NCBI GenBank assembly: GCA_016618085.1
Contig: JABLTG010000118.1
Span: 1 to 64,000, forward strand
From: Neovahlkampfia damariscottae
Taxonomy: Eukaryota
Reading direction: 5' to 3'
Length of the DNA stretch: 64,000 nucleotides
The notes under the pieces were generated by a model. That model was not told the origin of the DNA and did no database searches. It saw only the letters and a program-made list of their open reading frames with translations. Positions 37,132 to 48,127 of the stretch are shown one piece after another (the first letter of the stretch is position 1; each line of letters opens with the position of its first letter). The position numbers and the translations under genes were made by a program.

Positions 37132-38266
37132 TTAGAATTCAAATAAAACATCATTAAAATTTTGATTGTATAAAATATTTAAATCAATAAAAGTTTCATC
37201 AATTTTTGTGAAAAATAATCGATTTAAACTTGTGGTTGTCCATCCTCCAAATAAAAATAAATGAAAATCATCAATATTTGAAATTGAATATAATCCATTT
37301 TTAGGTAAATTCCCTGATAAATTTAATTTTTTCCATTTCTTTTCTAAATAATTGAATTTAAAAAATGTATTTAAGTTATTCATTCTTGTGTCAAAACCAC
37401 CAAATAAATATACATTTTCATTAATGGTTTGATAACCAATATTTGATCGAATTGAAGGTATTTCACCAAATGTTTTAATTATTTTAAATTGTTCCATCTC
37501 TGTATCAAATATTAATAAATCATCCATTATTAATTTATTATCCAATGAGGATCTTTTAAAAAAATCAAATTTATTTTCATGTTTAGAAAATCCACCAAAA
37601 ATATAAATTATACCTCTTTTATCAATAGTCATTGAATGAGCTGTTCTTTGAATTTCTCTTTCAAAATCAATAATTTTATATTTATTAGTTTTCAAATCAT
37701 AAATACCTATTGAATTTATAATGATTGATCTTCTTACTCATATGATTTGGATAATTTGAAAATGATGTCTTTCCACCAAATAAATATAAATTATCATTAA
37801 ATATTACAGATTGATGATAACTCCTTGTTGTTGATTCTTTAGTTATTTTTAATTCTTTCCATTCTTTCGTTTTAAGATTAAATTCAAAAATATCATTAAA
37901 ATAATTTGATTGTGAATATCCACCATATATAATCATTGAATCATTATAAATTGAACAAGAATGATAATGTCTTGGTGATGGTATTATTTTACTTTCTGGA
38001 AGTAATATTCTCCAAAGATTCTCTTTTTTTGAATATTCATGTATTTCATTTGTTCCTTCTATTGTTCTATTATATCCACCAAAACAATATATTAAATCAT
38101 TATAAGAGACCATAGTATGTCCTTTGAATATGTTACTTCATTTCATTTTACCTTGTAAAGTTAATGGAATATTATTGGATTGTAAATCTGTAAAATGAAA
38201 ACAATTTTGTTTTTCTTTTTTATGTCTATTTTCTCTTGTATGTATGTGGTGTCGGTGTGGTTTCAT
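37132..38266 (-). CDS. Kelch-repeat protein
   Basis: Repeated IYxFGG/LYLFGG and PSPRHYHS; two introns; ends LYNQNFNDVLFEF*. Confidence 0.85.
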
Positions 38267-38954
38267 TTTGTTTTTGTTTGAATCATTTGATTGGTTTAAA
38301 TTATCTTCACTTTCCTTTCATTTTCAATTTGTATTTGTCAAACAATGAATTATGAAACACTGCAAAAAAAATTTATTTGATTTTTCTTGACTAGAGATCA
38401 GTGTTTGGGTTCAACCAAAATGTTTAACAACTGTTTAAATAACTTTGTTTAAACACGTTGAATAAGAAGATAAAAATAGCAACTGATTCACATTGATAAA
38501 AATTGATTGTGTACCCCAAAAAAAAAGTTTCAAATTTTCATCAAAAATTTGCAGATTTTGAAAAAAAATTGTTAGCACAATGGAAATATTCTTGATTTTT
38601 TTTTTTTTATTTTTCTTCTTTTTTTTTTCTTTTTGTTCTTTTCTTTGTTGAGTGGCAATTTACTATAAAATTTTTGTGCCATTGTAGATGTTTTTTTTTT
38701 CTTTTAGGTGATTAGCAAAAATTTGATTTGTTTTTTTGTTGGTGATTCAAAGTGAAATATGTCTTCTTCAATCTAAATTGTTAAACCACAAAAATTTGAG
38801 AAATTTTTGAACAATGAAATTCTCCACAATTCATTTGAGAAAAAGAAATTTGTCAAAATAGTGAAACAAATGAGTAACAACAAAGAACACTATAAAAAAT
38901 TTCTGGAGAAAACAAATTAACTTTATTATTAAACTTTTTTGCATTTTTTGACCA

Positions 38955-39704
38955 ATGAAAACCTCATCCGTTTATCCTGGCGTTCATTCTGATGAACAAA
39001 AATTAAATTTTTTAAAAAATAAATGGATATCTCTTTGTAAAAATGATAATGTACAAAATAATAACTCAAAAGAGTGGTGGTTAAAAATTCAAAATTATTT
39101 AACAGAAGAACATCGATTTTATCATAATTTTAAACACATTTATAGATTATATGAACATTTAGAAGAATTTAAGAATGAAATATTAAAAAAAGATGAATAT
39201 ATTTTCGAATTAACAATATTCTTTCATGAGTAAGTTATTTCTCATCAATCTCATCAATTGTGTAGTATAATTTATAATTGTAGTCATGGACAAGATGAAG
39301 ATGAAAGTAATGAAATATTTTTAGAATTTTCAAAAGAAACAAAATTAAAACAAGAAGATATTGATCGAGTTTCAAATTTTATTCTTTCAACTAAAAATCA
39401 TTTATCTTGTAAATCTAATGATAACAGTCTTCTTTTATTTTTAGATTTTGATTTATTAATTTTGGGTAGTTCAAAAAATGAATATTTAGAATACTCCAAT
39501 AATATTATGAATGAATTTTTACCAAAATTAAGTAATAACCAAGAAGAATTTAAAAAAAAGAGAATTGATTTCTTAAAGAAAATGATTAAATTTGAAAATT
39601 TATTTTTTTCAAAAATTATAATTCAAAAATATCAAAAATTAGCATTCGATAATTTAAAAATGGAAATTGATTTATTATCTCAAACAGTAGATTCCAGAGA
39701 GTAA
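38955..39704 (+). CDS. HD-superfamily predicted metal-dependent phosphohydrolase (COG4339-like)
   Basis: RFYHNFKH, FFHD|IIY across intron 39230-39265, STKNH, FLDFDLLILG. Confidence 0.8.
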
Positions 39705-39737
39705 GATGATCAAAATTTGAAGAAAATAATATTTTAT

Positions 39738-41471
39738 TTAAAATCTGAATTGAAATCCACCTTCTTCATCACCACCTCTTTGACCACCTGGAAATCCACC
39801 ACCGCCACCACCAAATCCACCAAAATTGAAATGAAATTCTTGTCCACCACCACCTCCACCGAATGGATTAAATCCATGATGACCACCTTGACCACCTTGA
39901 CCACCATGAGGATCATTTACATCTTCACCATTATCATATCTCTCCTTTTTTGATTCATCTTTTAAAACTTCATATGCTTCATTAATATCTTTAAATTTCA
40001 AATCTGCTTCTTTTTTCTTTTTTTCATCTCTATGTTTCTAATAAAAAAAAAATAAAAAAAATTTAAAAGATTAATACATCTGGATGCCATTTTACTATTT
40101 AAAAGATTAATGATTTATAAAAATAAACCCGCTAATTTTCTATAGGCTTTTTTAATATCTCTTTGAGTTGCCGATTTTGATACACCAAGTATTTTATAAT
40201 AATCTTTTCTTGATGCTCTTTTTTTTAAAATTTGAAGTTTATGTAATAATTCATTAATTTTTTGATCATTTTTAAATTTTTCTCTCGCTTTATTTGCATC
40301 TATTGAAGCAGAATCAAGGTCATCATTTAAAATATGTAATTCTGCTCTATTCAATAAACAATTTTTCAAAAAATCAGAATTAGATTCTTCATTGTTATCT
40401 TTAATTACAATTGAACAAGCTTCAATTCCTTCTTTTATATTTTTTAAATTTTTATGAATAGAACAAATTTTTGATTGAACTTCCATTAAATTATAAATAT
40501 CATTATCATTCATTTCTAAATATTCTTTATATCTTTTTAATGAAATTCTATTTTCATTCTTATCAAATAATAAATTCGCTTTTTCTAAAATATTTTCGCT
40601 ATTTCTTATATGTTTATAAAATACTCGACATTTTCGATTATCAGGATCAGAAGATAAACAATTCTTTAAATATGTTTTTGCATGAGATACTGCTCCAATC
40701 ATGAATAAATTTTTAGCATATAAATATTTAGCCATTATATTTTCAGGATATAATAAAAATATTCGTCTTATTAATGAATAATATTTTTCATTGTCTTACT
40801 TTATTTCATCTCTAACAAGGGATTGATTTTTTAATTCAATTCCACATTCAACTTTTTTTAATCTTAATTCAACATTATTTCTTGCATATTTCCTTATTAA
40901 TTCATCTAAAAATAGATTTAGTTTGATTCTTATTTGTATACCTAAAATAAAGATTGATTCTTTGTATTTTTCATTTTCCAATAATTTTTCTAATTTATTA
41001 TTTAATTGAACTGCTTCATTTGCTGATTTCAATTTTTCAATTGCTTCTTTATTATCAGGTGATAATCTCAAAGCTTCTTTATAATCTTCAACACTTTGTT
41101 CAAATTTTCCTGTTGTTAAATGAATTCTACCAAGTAAAATATGATTTTGAGGATTCTTTGAATCAATATCAGTTAAAGTAATTAAATCTTTGATTGAAAA
41201 AAGAAAATTCTTTGCAAAAAAATAACTTTCTGCTCTTTTATATAAAACTTTGGAATTTTTTGAGTCCAATTCTGATCTTTTTTTTAATAATAATAACATT
41301 ACCTAAGGCAGTTGAATAAAAATTGGAAGCTTCAGTATATTTTCCGTCTCTTAATTTTTGATCGCCTTCTCTTAAATAATATTCTAAGGGCTGTTTTGGA
41401 GCCTTTTTTTCTTCACAAGAACAAAGTTGTAGGAAAAGCAAAAAAATAATTGCGACACACAGACTCTTCAT
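39738..41471 (-). CDS. DNAJC3: DnaJ subfamily C member 3 (P58IPK) ER co-chaperone
   Basis: Signal peptide, TPR array, RKDYYKILGV, KWHPD in a 17-nt exon, F.DINEAYEVL, YDNGED, G/F-rich tail. Confidence 0.9.
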
Positions 41472-41702
41472 TGTGCAATTGTTTAAACACTTGTAACTTG
41501 ATGATTGGTTCAATTTTTCTGGGTTTTTAAAATGTAATTACTATTAACTTTTCAGTGTATGAAAACGATTGAAACTCCAAAAAGATATTTTCTTCCAATC
41601 TGTTAGTTCTAAAATTTTTTTCGCCAATCACCGAGCTCAGTCAACAATTATAACTAAAACTGATTGGTGTATTTATTCCAAACCGAAACAAACAATTATT
41701 CA

Positions 41703-43370
41703 ATGAACAAAACATTACTCGTTGTCTTATTTTTCGTTCTCGCTTTTGCAGTCTCTGCTGAAGTTGCTGAACCAAAAGAAAACAACTATTTCAAATGTGT
41801 GACAGGATGCATTAAAAAAAAACTTGGAGCGTCCAAATGGGCTGCTTTAGTTAAAAAATGCAAAACTAACGTTAAATGTTACATCAAAGCTGCTGGTTTA
41901 ACTGGTTTAAGATGTGCTGCTGGTTGTGTCAAAAAAGAACAAGCTGTAGAAAACGTTGAAAACCGTTATTTCAAATGTGTCACTAACTGTATCAAGAAAA
42001 AACTTGGGCCATCCAAATGGGCTGCCTTAGCTAAAAAATGTAAAATTAATGTCAAATGTTACATCAAAGCTGCTGGTTTAACTGGTTTGAGATGTGCTGC
42101 AGGATGCATTAAAAAAGAACAAGCTGAAAAACAAACTGTTGAAAACAACTATTTCAAATGTGTGACAGGATGCATTAAAAAAAAACTTGGAGCTTCTAAA
42201 TGGGCTGCCTTAGCTAAAAAATGTAAAATTAATGTCAAATGTTACATCAAAGCTGCTGGTTTAACTGGTTTGAGATGTGCTGCAGGATGCATTAAAAAAG
42301 AACAAGCTGAAAAACAAACTGTTGAAAACAACTATTTCAAATGTGTGACAGGATGCATTAAAAAAAAACTTGGAGCGTCCAAATGGGCTGCTTTAGTTAA
42401 AAAATGCAAAACTAACGTTAAATGTTACATCAAAGCTGCTGGTTTAACTGGTTTAAGATGTGCTGCTGGTTGTGTCAAAAAAGAAAATGAATCAAACGTT
42501 GCTCCACAAAACAAATGGAAAAAAGTTGTGTGCATTCTCAAATGCTTAAAAGGAAAAGTATCACGTGATAGATTCAAAAAAGTTTTCACAAAATGCAAAT
42601 ATGATGCTGCATGTTGGAAAAAAGCTGCTCTTAAACAATACTGGAAATGTAGAAAAGTTTGTGACAAAACTGTTCAATCTGTTGTCGCAAAAGAAGATAA
42701 ACTCAAATGCATGCAAGATTGTTTAAAAAAAAAACTTGGACCATCAAAATGGGAAGAAATTTATAACAAATGCAAAAAAGACATTAAATGTTACTTAAAA
42801 GAAGCTGGATTTGCAGGTGTTGCTTGTGGATTTGAATGTCTTAGCAAAAAAGTTGAAGAACCAAAAGTTGATAAACTCAAATGCATGCAAGACTGTTTAA
42901 AAAAAAAACTTGGACCATCAAAATGGGAAGAGATTTATAACAAATGCAAAAAAGACATTAAATGTTACTTAAAAGAAGCTGGATTTGCAGGTGTTGCTTG
43001 TGGATTTGAATGTCTTAGCAAAGTTGAAAAAGTTGAAGAACCAAAGAACCCAAGATGTGTAATGAAATGTTTAGTTAAAAAACTTGGTTCTGACAAAGTG
43101 AGAGAAATTTTCAAAAAATGCAAAAGAGATTTCAAATGTTGGGCAAAAGAAACTGGTGAAGTTGGCAAAAAATGTGTTAAAGAATGTAAAAAACCAGAAA
43201 TTGTCAAAGTTGTTGAAAAAAACTTTTTAAAATGTGTTGGCAACTGCATCAAAAAAAAACTTGGACCATCAAAATGGGAAGAAATTTATAACAAATGCAA
43301 AAAAAACGTTAAATGCTACATCAAAGAAGCTGGATTTACAGGTTTAAAATGTGGAATTGAATGTGCTTAA
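41703..43370 (+). CDS. Secreted polyprotein of nine six-cysteine modules
   Basis: Signal peptide MNKTLLVVLFFVLAFAVSA; nine C-x3-C-x16-C-x5-C-x11-C-x3-C units; intronless. Confidence 0.85.
   Translation: MNKTLLVVLFFVLAFAVSAEVAEPKENNYFKCVTGCIKKKLGASKWAALVKKCKTNVKCYIKAAGLTGLRCAAGCVKKEQAVENVENRYFKCVTNCIKKKLGPSKWAALAKKCKINVKCYIKAAGLTGLRCAAGCIKKEQAEKQTVENNYFKCVTGCIKKKLGASKWAALAKKCKINVKCYIKAAGLTGLRCAAGCIKKEQAEKQTVENNYFKCVTGCIKKKLGASKWAALVKKCKTNVKCYIKAAGLTGLRCAAGCVKKENESNVAPQNKWKKVVCILKCLKGKVSRDRFKKVFTKCKYDAACWKKAALKQYWKCRKVCDKTVQSVVAKEDKLKCMQDCLKKKLGPSKWEEIYNKCKKDIKCYLKEAGFAGVACGFECLSKKVEEPKVDKLKCMQDCLKKKLGPSKWEEIYNKCKKDIKCYLKEAGFAGVACGFECLSKVEKVEEPKNPRCVMKCLVKKLGSDKVREIFKKCKRDFKCWAKETGEVGKKCVKECKKPEIVKVVEKNFLKCVGNCIKKKLGPSKWEEIYNKCKKNVKCYIKEAGFTGLKCGIECA
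41781..43022 (+). repeat. Intragenic tandem repeats (~175-185 bp units)
   Basis: Units 1-4 are near-identical in DNA (1 matches 4, 2 matches 3); units 6 and 7 are near-identical. Confidence 0.9.
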
Positions 43371-43446
43371 ATAAATTTTAAATATTCGTCCAATTTGGAT
43401 TTTTTACTTCTAATCTTTATTCATTGGTCAAATTCATAACAGAAAA

Positions 43447-44849
43447 ATGAACAAACTTTTACAAATCGTGTTGTTGTTGGCTGTAGCTCTTGTAGTTCAT
43501 TCTAAAATTGATGAACAAACTGTACACAACAGAAGAAGTAATTTTCAAAAATTGTCTTCATCTCAAAAAGCTGCTCAACTTGAAAAACTTGCAGTCACTT
43601 ACAAGAAAAAACATCCAAAAGTTGATCACAAGAAAGTAAAACATTTTCTTGCTGTTCAATATTTCTCAAATGTTCACTCTAAAAAAGTTGTTGCACTTTA
43701 TGCTTCTACTTTTTTGAAAAGAGAATCAAAAAAATGTATTTTCAGTTGTTTAGTGAAAAAACTTGGAAAAGAAAAAGTAAAAGAAATTTCAAAAAAATGC
43801 AGAAGAGACTTTAAATGCTGGGAAAAAGAAACAGGTGAAACAGGTGTTTCTTGTAGAACCGAAACAGGTCTTCAACATTTTGGAAAACACCATAGTAGAC
43901 GTCACCATTTTGGCCATCATCATGGCAGACACCATCACCATCACTTTGGCCATCATCATGGCAGACATCATGGCAGAAGAAAACACCACAGATTCCTACG
44001 TCACTTCATGAAAAAACAAAATAATGATATTCAATGTATCATCAGATGTATCAGAACAAAATTAGATTTTCAAGAATATTTAAGAATTTCATTAAAATGT
44101 CGTTATGAAGCTGATTGTTGGAAAGAAGAAGCTGCTGAACATTATGATGAATGTGAAAAACAATGTGGTGGTAGTTCATCAAAAGATATTGAAAAAACAC
44201 CAATGTGCGTAGTAAAATGTTTGGCAAAAAGTCTTAAAAGTGAAAAATTTAGAAAACTTTTCGGAAAATGTAAAATGGATTTTCAATGTTGGATCAAAGA
44301 AACTGGTGAAATAGCAAAAAAATGCATTGAAAAGTGTAACAAAAATGAAAAATCATCTGAAACTACAAAGAAACCAAAGAATAGTGAAACTCAACCAAAA
44401 GCTGCAAAGAAAGTTGAAACACAACCAAAAAAACAAAATAATGATATTCAATGTATCATCAGATGTATCAGAACAAAATTAGATTTTCAAGAATATTTAA
44501 GAATTTCATTAAAATGTCGTTATGAAGCTGATTGTTGGAAAGAAGAAGCTGCTGAACATTATGATGAATGTGAAAAACAATGTGGTGGTAGTTCATTNNN
44601 NNNNNNNNNNNNNNNNNNNNNNNNNNNNNNNNNNNNNNNNNNNNNNNNNNNNNNNNNNNNNNNNNNNNNNNNNNNNNNNNNNNNNNNNNNNNNNNCAGAA
44701 CAAAATTAGATTTTCAAGAATATTTAAGAATTTCATTAAAATGTCGTTATGAAGCTGATTGTTGGAAAGAAGAAGCTGCTGAACATTATGATGAATGTGA
44801 AAAACAATGTGGTGGTAGTTCATTCAAAGTTGGTTTCAAAAAATTATAA
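43447..44849 (+). CDS. Secreted paralogue with six-cysteine modules and a His-rich segment (spans assembly gap)
   Basis: Signal peptide MNKLLQIVLLLAVALVVHS; one 5-Cys unit and at least three 6-Cys units; HFGHHHGRHH repeats; after the gap it ends CGGSSFKVGFKKL*. Confidence 0.8.
44598..44695. other. Assembly gap (98 N), probably a false/negative gap
   Basis: About 127 bp before the gap is repeated exactly just after it. Confidence 0.9.
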
Positions 44850-44940
44850 ATCAAAACATCATTATTGAATATAGATTAATTAAAATTTTTGTTATATTCT
44901 AAAGTAAACTAACCAATAAAAATCATTCGAACAAAAAAAC

Positions 44941-47900
44941 ATGTCACTAAAGCCTGAAGACAGTCCAAAGACACGCGGAAGAAAACGTACAGGTGGTGGA
45001 ATAATGCAATCCACATTTCTTATCACAGAAGATAATAAAGTTGTTCCAGAATCAACTACAATTAGTTCCGAAAAAAAAAATTACGAAAAAACTCAAATTC
45101 AGACACTAAAAAGTGAAAAAAGTGAAAAAATTGATATTCCAATATCATTTGAATCGGACATCGATAAAAGTTCACCAATAATCAAAGAATCTTTGGAGAA
45201 AGAAACAAATGTTGTTGAAGTTGATCAACCTGTTGAAAAGAAAAAAAGGGTAAAGTTTTCTGTATTTAGAAAAGAAACACCAACAAAATCTTTCATTAAA
45301 TCTGATAAAACACCTGAACAATTATTCAGAGAAAGACAAATAAAAAAAAAAGAACAAAGAATACCATTATATCCTGGAGATATCAATAATCAAGAAGAAG
45401 GTGTACTTTCAACATCAGGAATTTTATTTTTTCATCATTGGGTAATCAATAAAAAATTATTAACAATATGACAAAATAATAGCTTACAGCAGGAAATTAT
45501 CATATAACTGTTGAAAAAGAAGATCTTTATGACAAAACACCATTACTTGTAAGTGTAGATATATTAAGGGAAGGTGATACAAAAGATAATGTTTATACAA
45601 CATCATCAGTTCCTTTACTTGAAAAAATTCAAATCGAAAATGTTTCTGTCAAAAGTCAAAAAGTGGTTGATTTATTTTTGATGACTTTAACAGTTACAAA
45701 AGGACAAGCTTCTAGACAAAGTAATAGACAATCATCAAGAGGAGGTACTGATACACAACAAAATATCATTATTACTATTGAACAAGGTTAGTTGTTATTG
45801 AAAATTAAAAAAAAAAAGATTGTTCTTTAACCTTTGAACAAAAATTAATACTTTATGGTTCCAATTCTTATAGAATTGAAAATTTAATTTCTTCAGTATA
45901 TCATTTTTTATTGGTTTATTTTTTTTTACTTTAGATTGGACCTGGTTTGTATGTTGTTAGAATTGAAAAATCAATTCTTAATACAGATGAAGAAGACGAA
46001 ACATTTTCTGCTTCATTAGAAGTTGAAGATGTTCAATTAAATTTTTTAGAACAAAAAAAAGATACAACATATTTTCCACCATTTTTTTTACATCCAGATT
46101 TTGCTGAATATGATGAAGAAGCAAGAGTTATTATAAAAATACAAAAAGATTCAAAAAGAGTTAATTTTGAAACAACTAAAAGAGTAAAATATAATTACAC
46201 ACTTCAAATTATACAAATATTAGATAAATATGGTAAAGATATTAAAAAAATAAAACTGATTAGATCTTGATTATTTATTAAAAGATGAATCTAATATTGA
46301 ATTAGAAAGACATTTTTTAACATTATTAAAAACAGCTAATTTGAATCATGATATTGAAATGATTAATTCAATAATTGAACAATGTGAAAATACTAAATCA
46401 TATAAAGATATTCATCCATTAAGATTAGTTTTACATGAAGCAAATGAAACTAAAAAGAAATTATTTCAAGAATTAGAAATTAAAAAATTATTGAGAGAAA
46501 GTATAAAATTAAGAAATTATAAAGAAATAACAAAATTATGTAATATTGCATTAAATATACCAAATTTAACAAGAGAAGTAAAAAGAGCACAAATTGTATT
46601 AGAAGATATTTCCAAAGAGAATTCAATTTATGCTGATATTGGAAAAGAATTAGAAATATTTGTTGATAATATAAAATTATATGTATTTAATAAATCATTA
46701 TCACAAGAAGATCAAAAAAAAAGAATTAAAATTCAACAAAGTATTTTAGAAAAAGTAACAAAACCAAGATCATTAGGTTATTTACTTTTAACTTTATGGA
46801 TTGATACTTATGAATTTATAAATTTAAAAGATTGGACAAATGTTTATGTTACTTATTTAAGAATTTATTATTTAATTCAAAGACGAATGGATTCAATTAT
46901 TAATGATTCATCTTCAGAATTAAATTCAAAAATTGAAGAATTAAAACAAAATGTAAATGATGCAAAAATTAAAAAAAAAGAAACAACAAAAATGATTGAA
47001 AAATTAAAAGTTAAAATACCTGATGATATTGAAATATCTGATGATACAGATATGCAATATGCAGGTGATATTGAAGAAAATATAATTAATCAAGTAATAA
47101 GTTATTTAATAATTACAATTAAATCAAAATTATTAATTGTTGAATCAGATGATTCACAATCAAATTTATCAAATCAATCAATTGGTTCTCCTATAATGGA
47201 TAGAAGTACAAGTTTTTCTTTATTAAAATCAAATTCAAATAATACTTCATTTGTTAAACCAACAAAAAGAATACATCAATTTATAGATGATTCAATAAAA
47301 TCAATCAATTTCTCTGAATATTTTAATGATGATAGTTTGATTCAATTATAAAATATCTAATTGTTTTTAAAAAAAGGTGAATTAATTGATATCATTGAAT
47401 CTTCACAAGAAGAAATTTCAGATTTTATTGATAATTGTTATGACGAAGATTTAGATCCAAAAATATTTTTAGATGAAACAGAAGGTTCTAAAATTGGTGA
47501 TATTATTAGAAAAAGAGTATTTCCTTTAATTTATTTTTCTTTAAAATTTGGATTGGATGAAAAATATCATGTTTTTGATTATGTTTCAAAATCATCTGAA
47601 GAAAAATTTGGTGATGTTTTAAGAGAAATTGAATTCAATGTATCAAAACATCATTTAATTAAACAAAATGAAACAAATTTAAAATTAGTTAAACTTAGAA
47701 TTTTATTATCAAGGGCTTATTCGTAATTTGGTTTTCATTTTTTAAACTATTTTTAGAAACAAAAGATTCAAAGAATTAGGTGATCAAATTTTTAATTTTA
47801 TCAATTCAAATGATTTTTATAACGAAAATTCTTATGTTAGGGGTAGTGGTAAATACTCAAAAATTCGAAGAAGAATTCTTGGATTATTTTCAAAGGCTTC

Positions 47901-47964
47901 AGTTAGAATTGTTTTATTTGATACTGTTGAAGAAAATGAATACGAATTAGAAGACTATTATTGA
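44941..47964 (+). CDS. Large multi-exon protein with probable C-terminal RUN-like domain
   Basis: Consecutive + ORFs joined by short introns; C-terminus SLKFGL..HVFDYV..KLRILLSRAY..FYNENSYV resembles RUN motifs. Confidence 0.5.
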
Positions 47965-48127
47965 TTATTTTTAATTAAATTTTTATAACACGATTCTCAT
48001 TTGATTTTATGTTGAGTTGTACAAAGTTGTGAGATCGAGGTAACTTGAACGCTAAGGTTTTTATTGGTTAAATTCTCAAGAATTCTCCTATCCAATCATT
48101 AAATTTTAACGTTGTAGTTTCGCAAAC

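Noticed and set aside
38300..38950. Longest apparently non-coding interval, possibly an ncRNA or small gene
   Set aside because: I could not build a convincing spliced ORF, hairpin or RNA motif; unresolved without RNA-seq.
44696..44825. An extra six-Cys unit after the N gap
   Set aside because: It duplicates the sequence just before the gap, most simply an unmerged contig overlap; copy number is unresolved.
41781..44849. Direct repeats as a CRISPR array or satellite
   Set aside because: Units are ~180 bp, in frame and protein-coding, with no repeat-spacer structure or cas genes.
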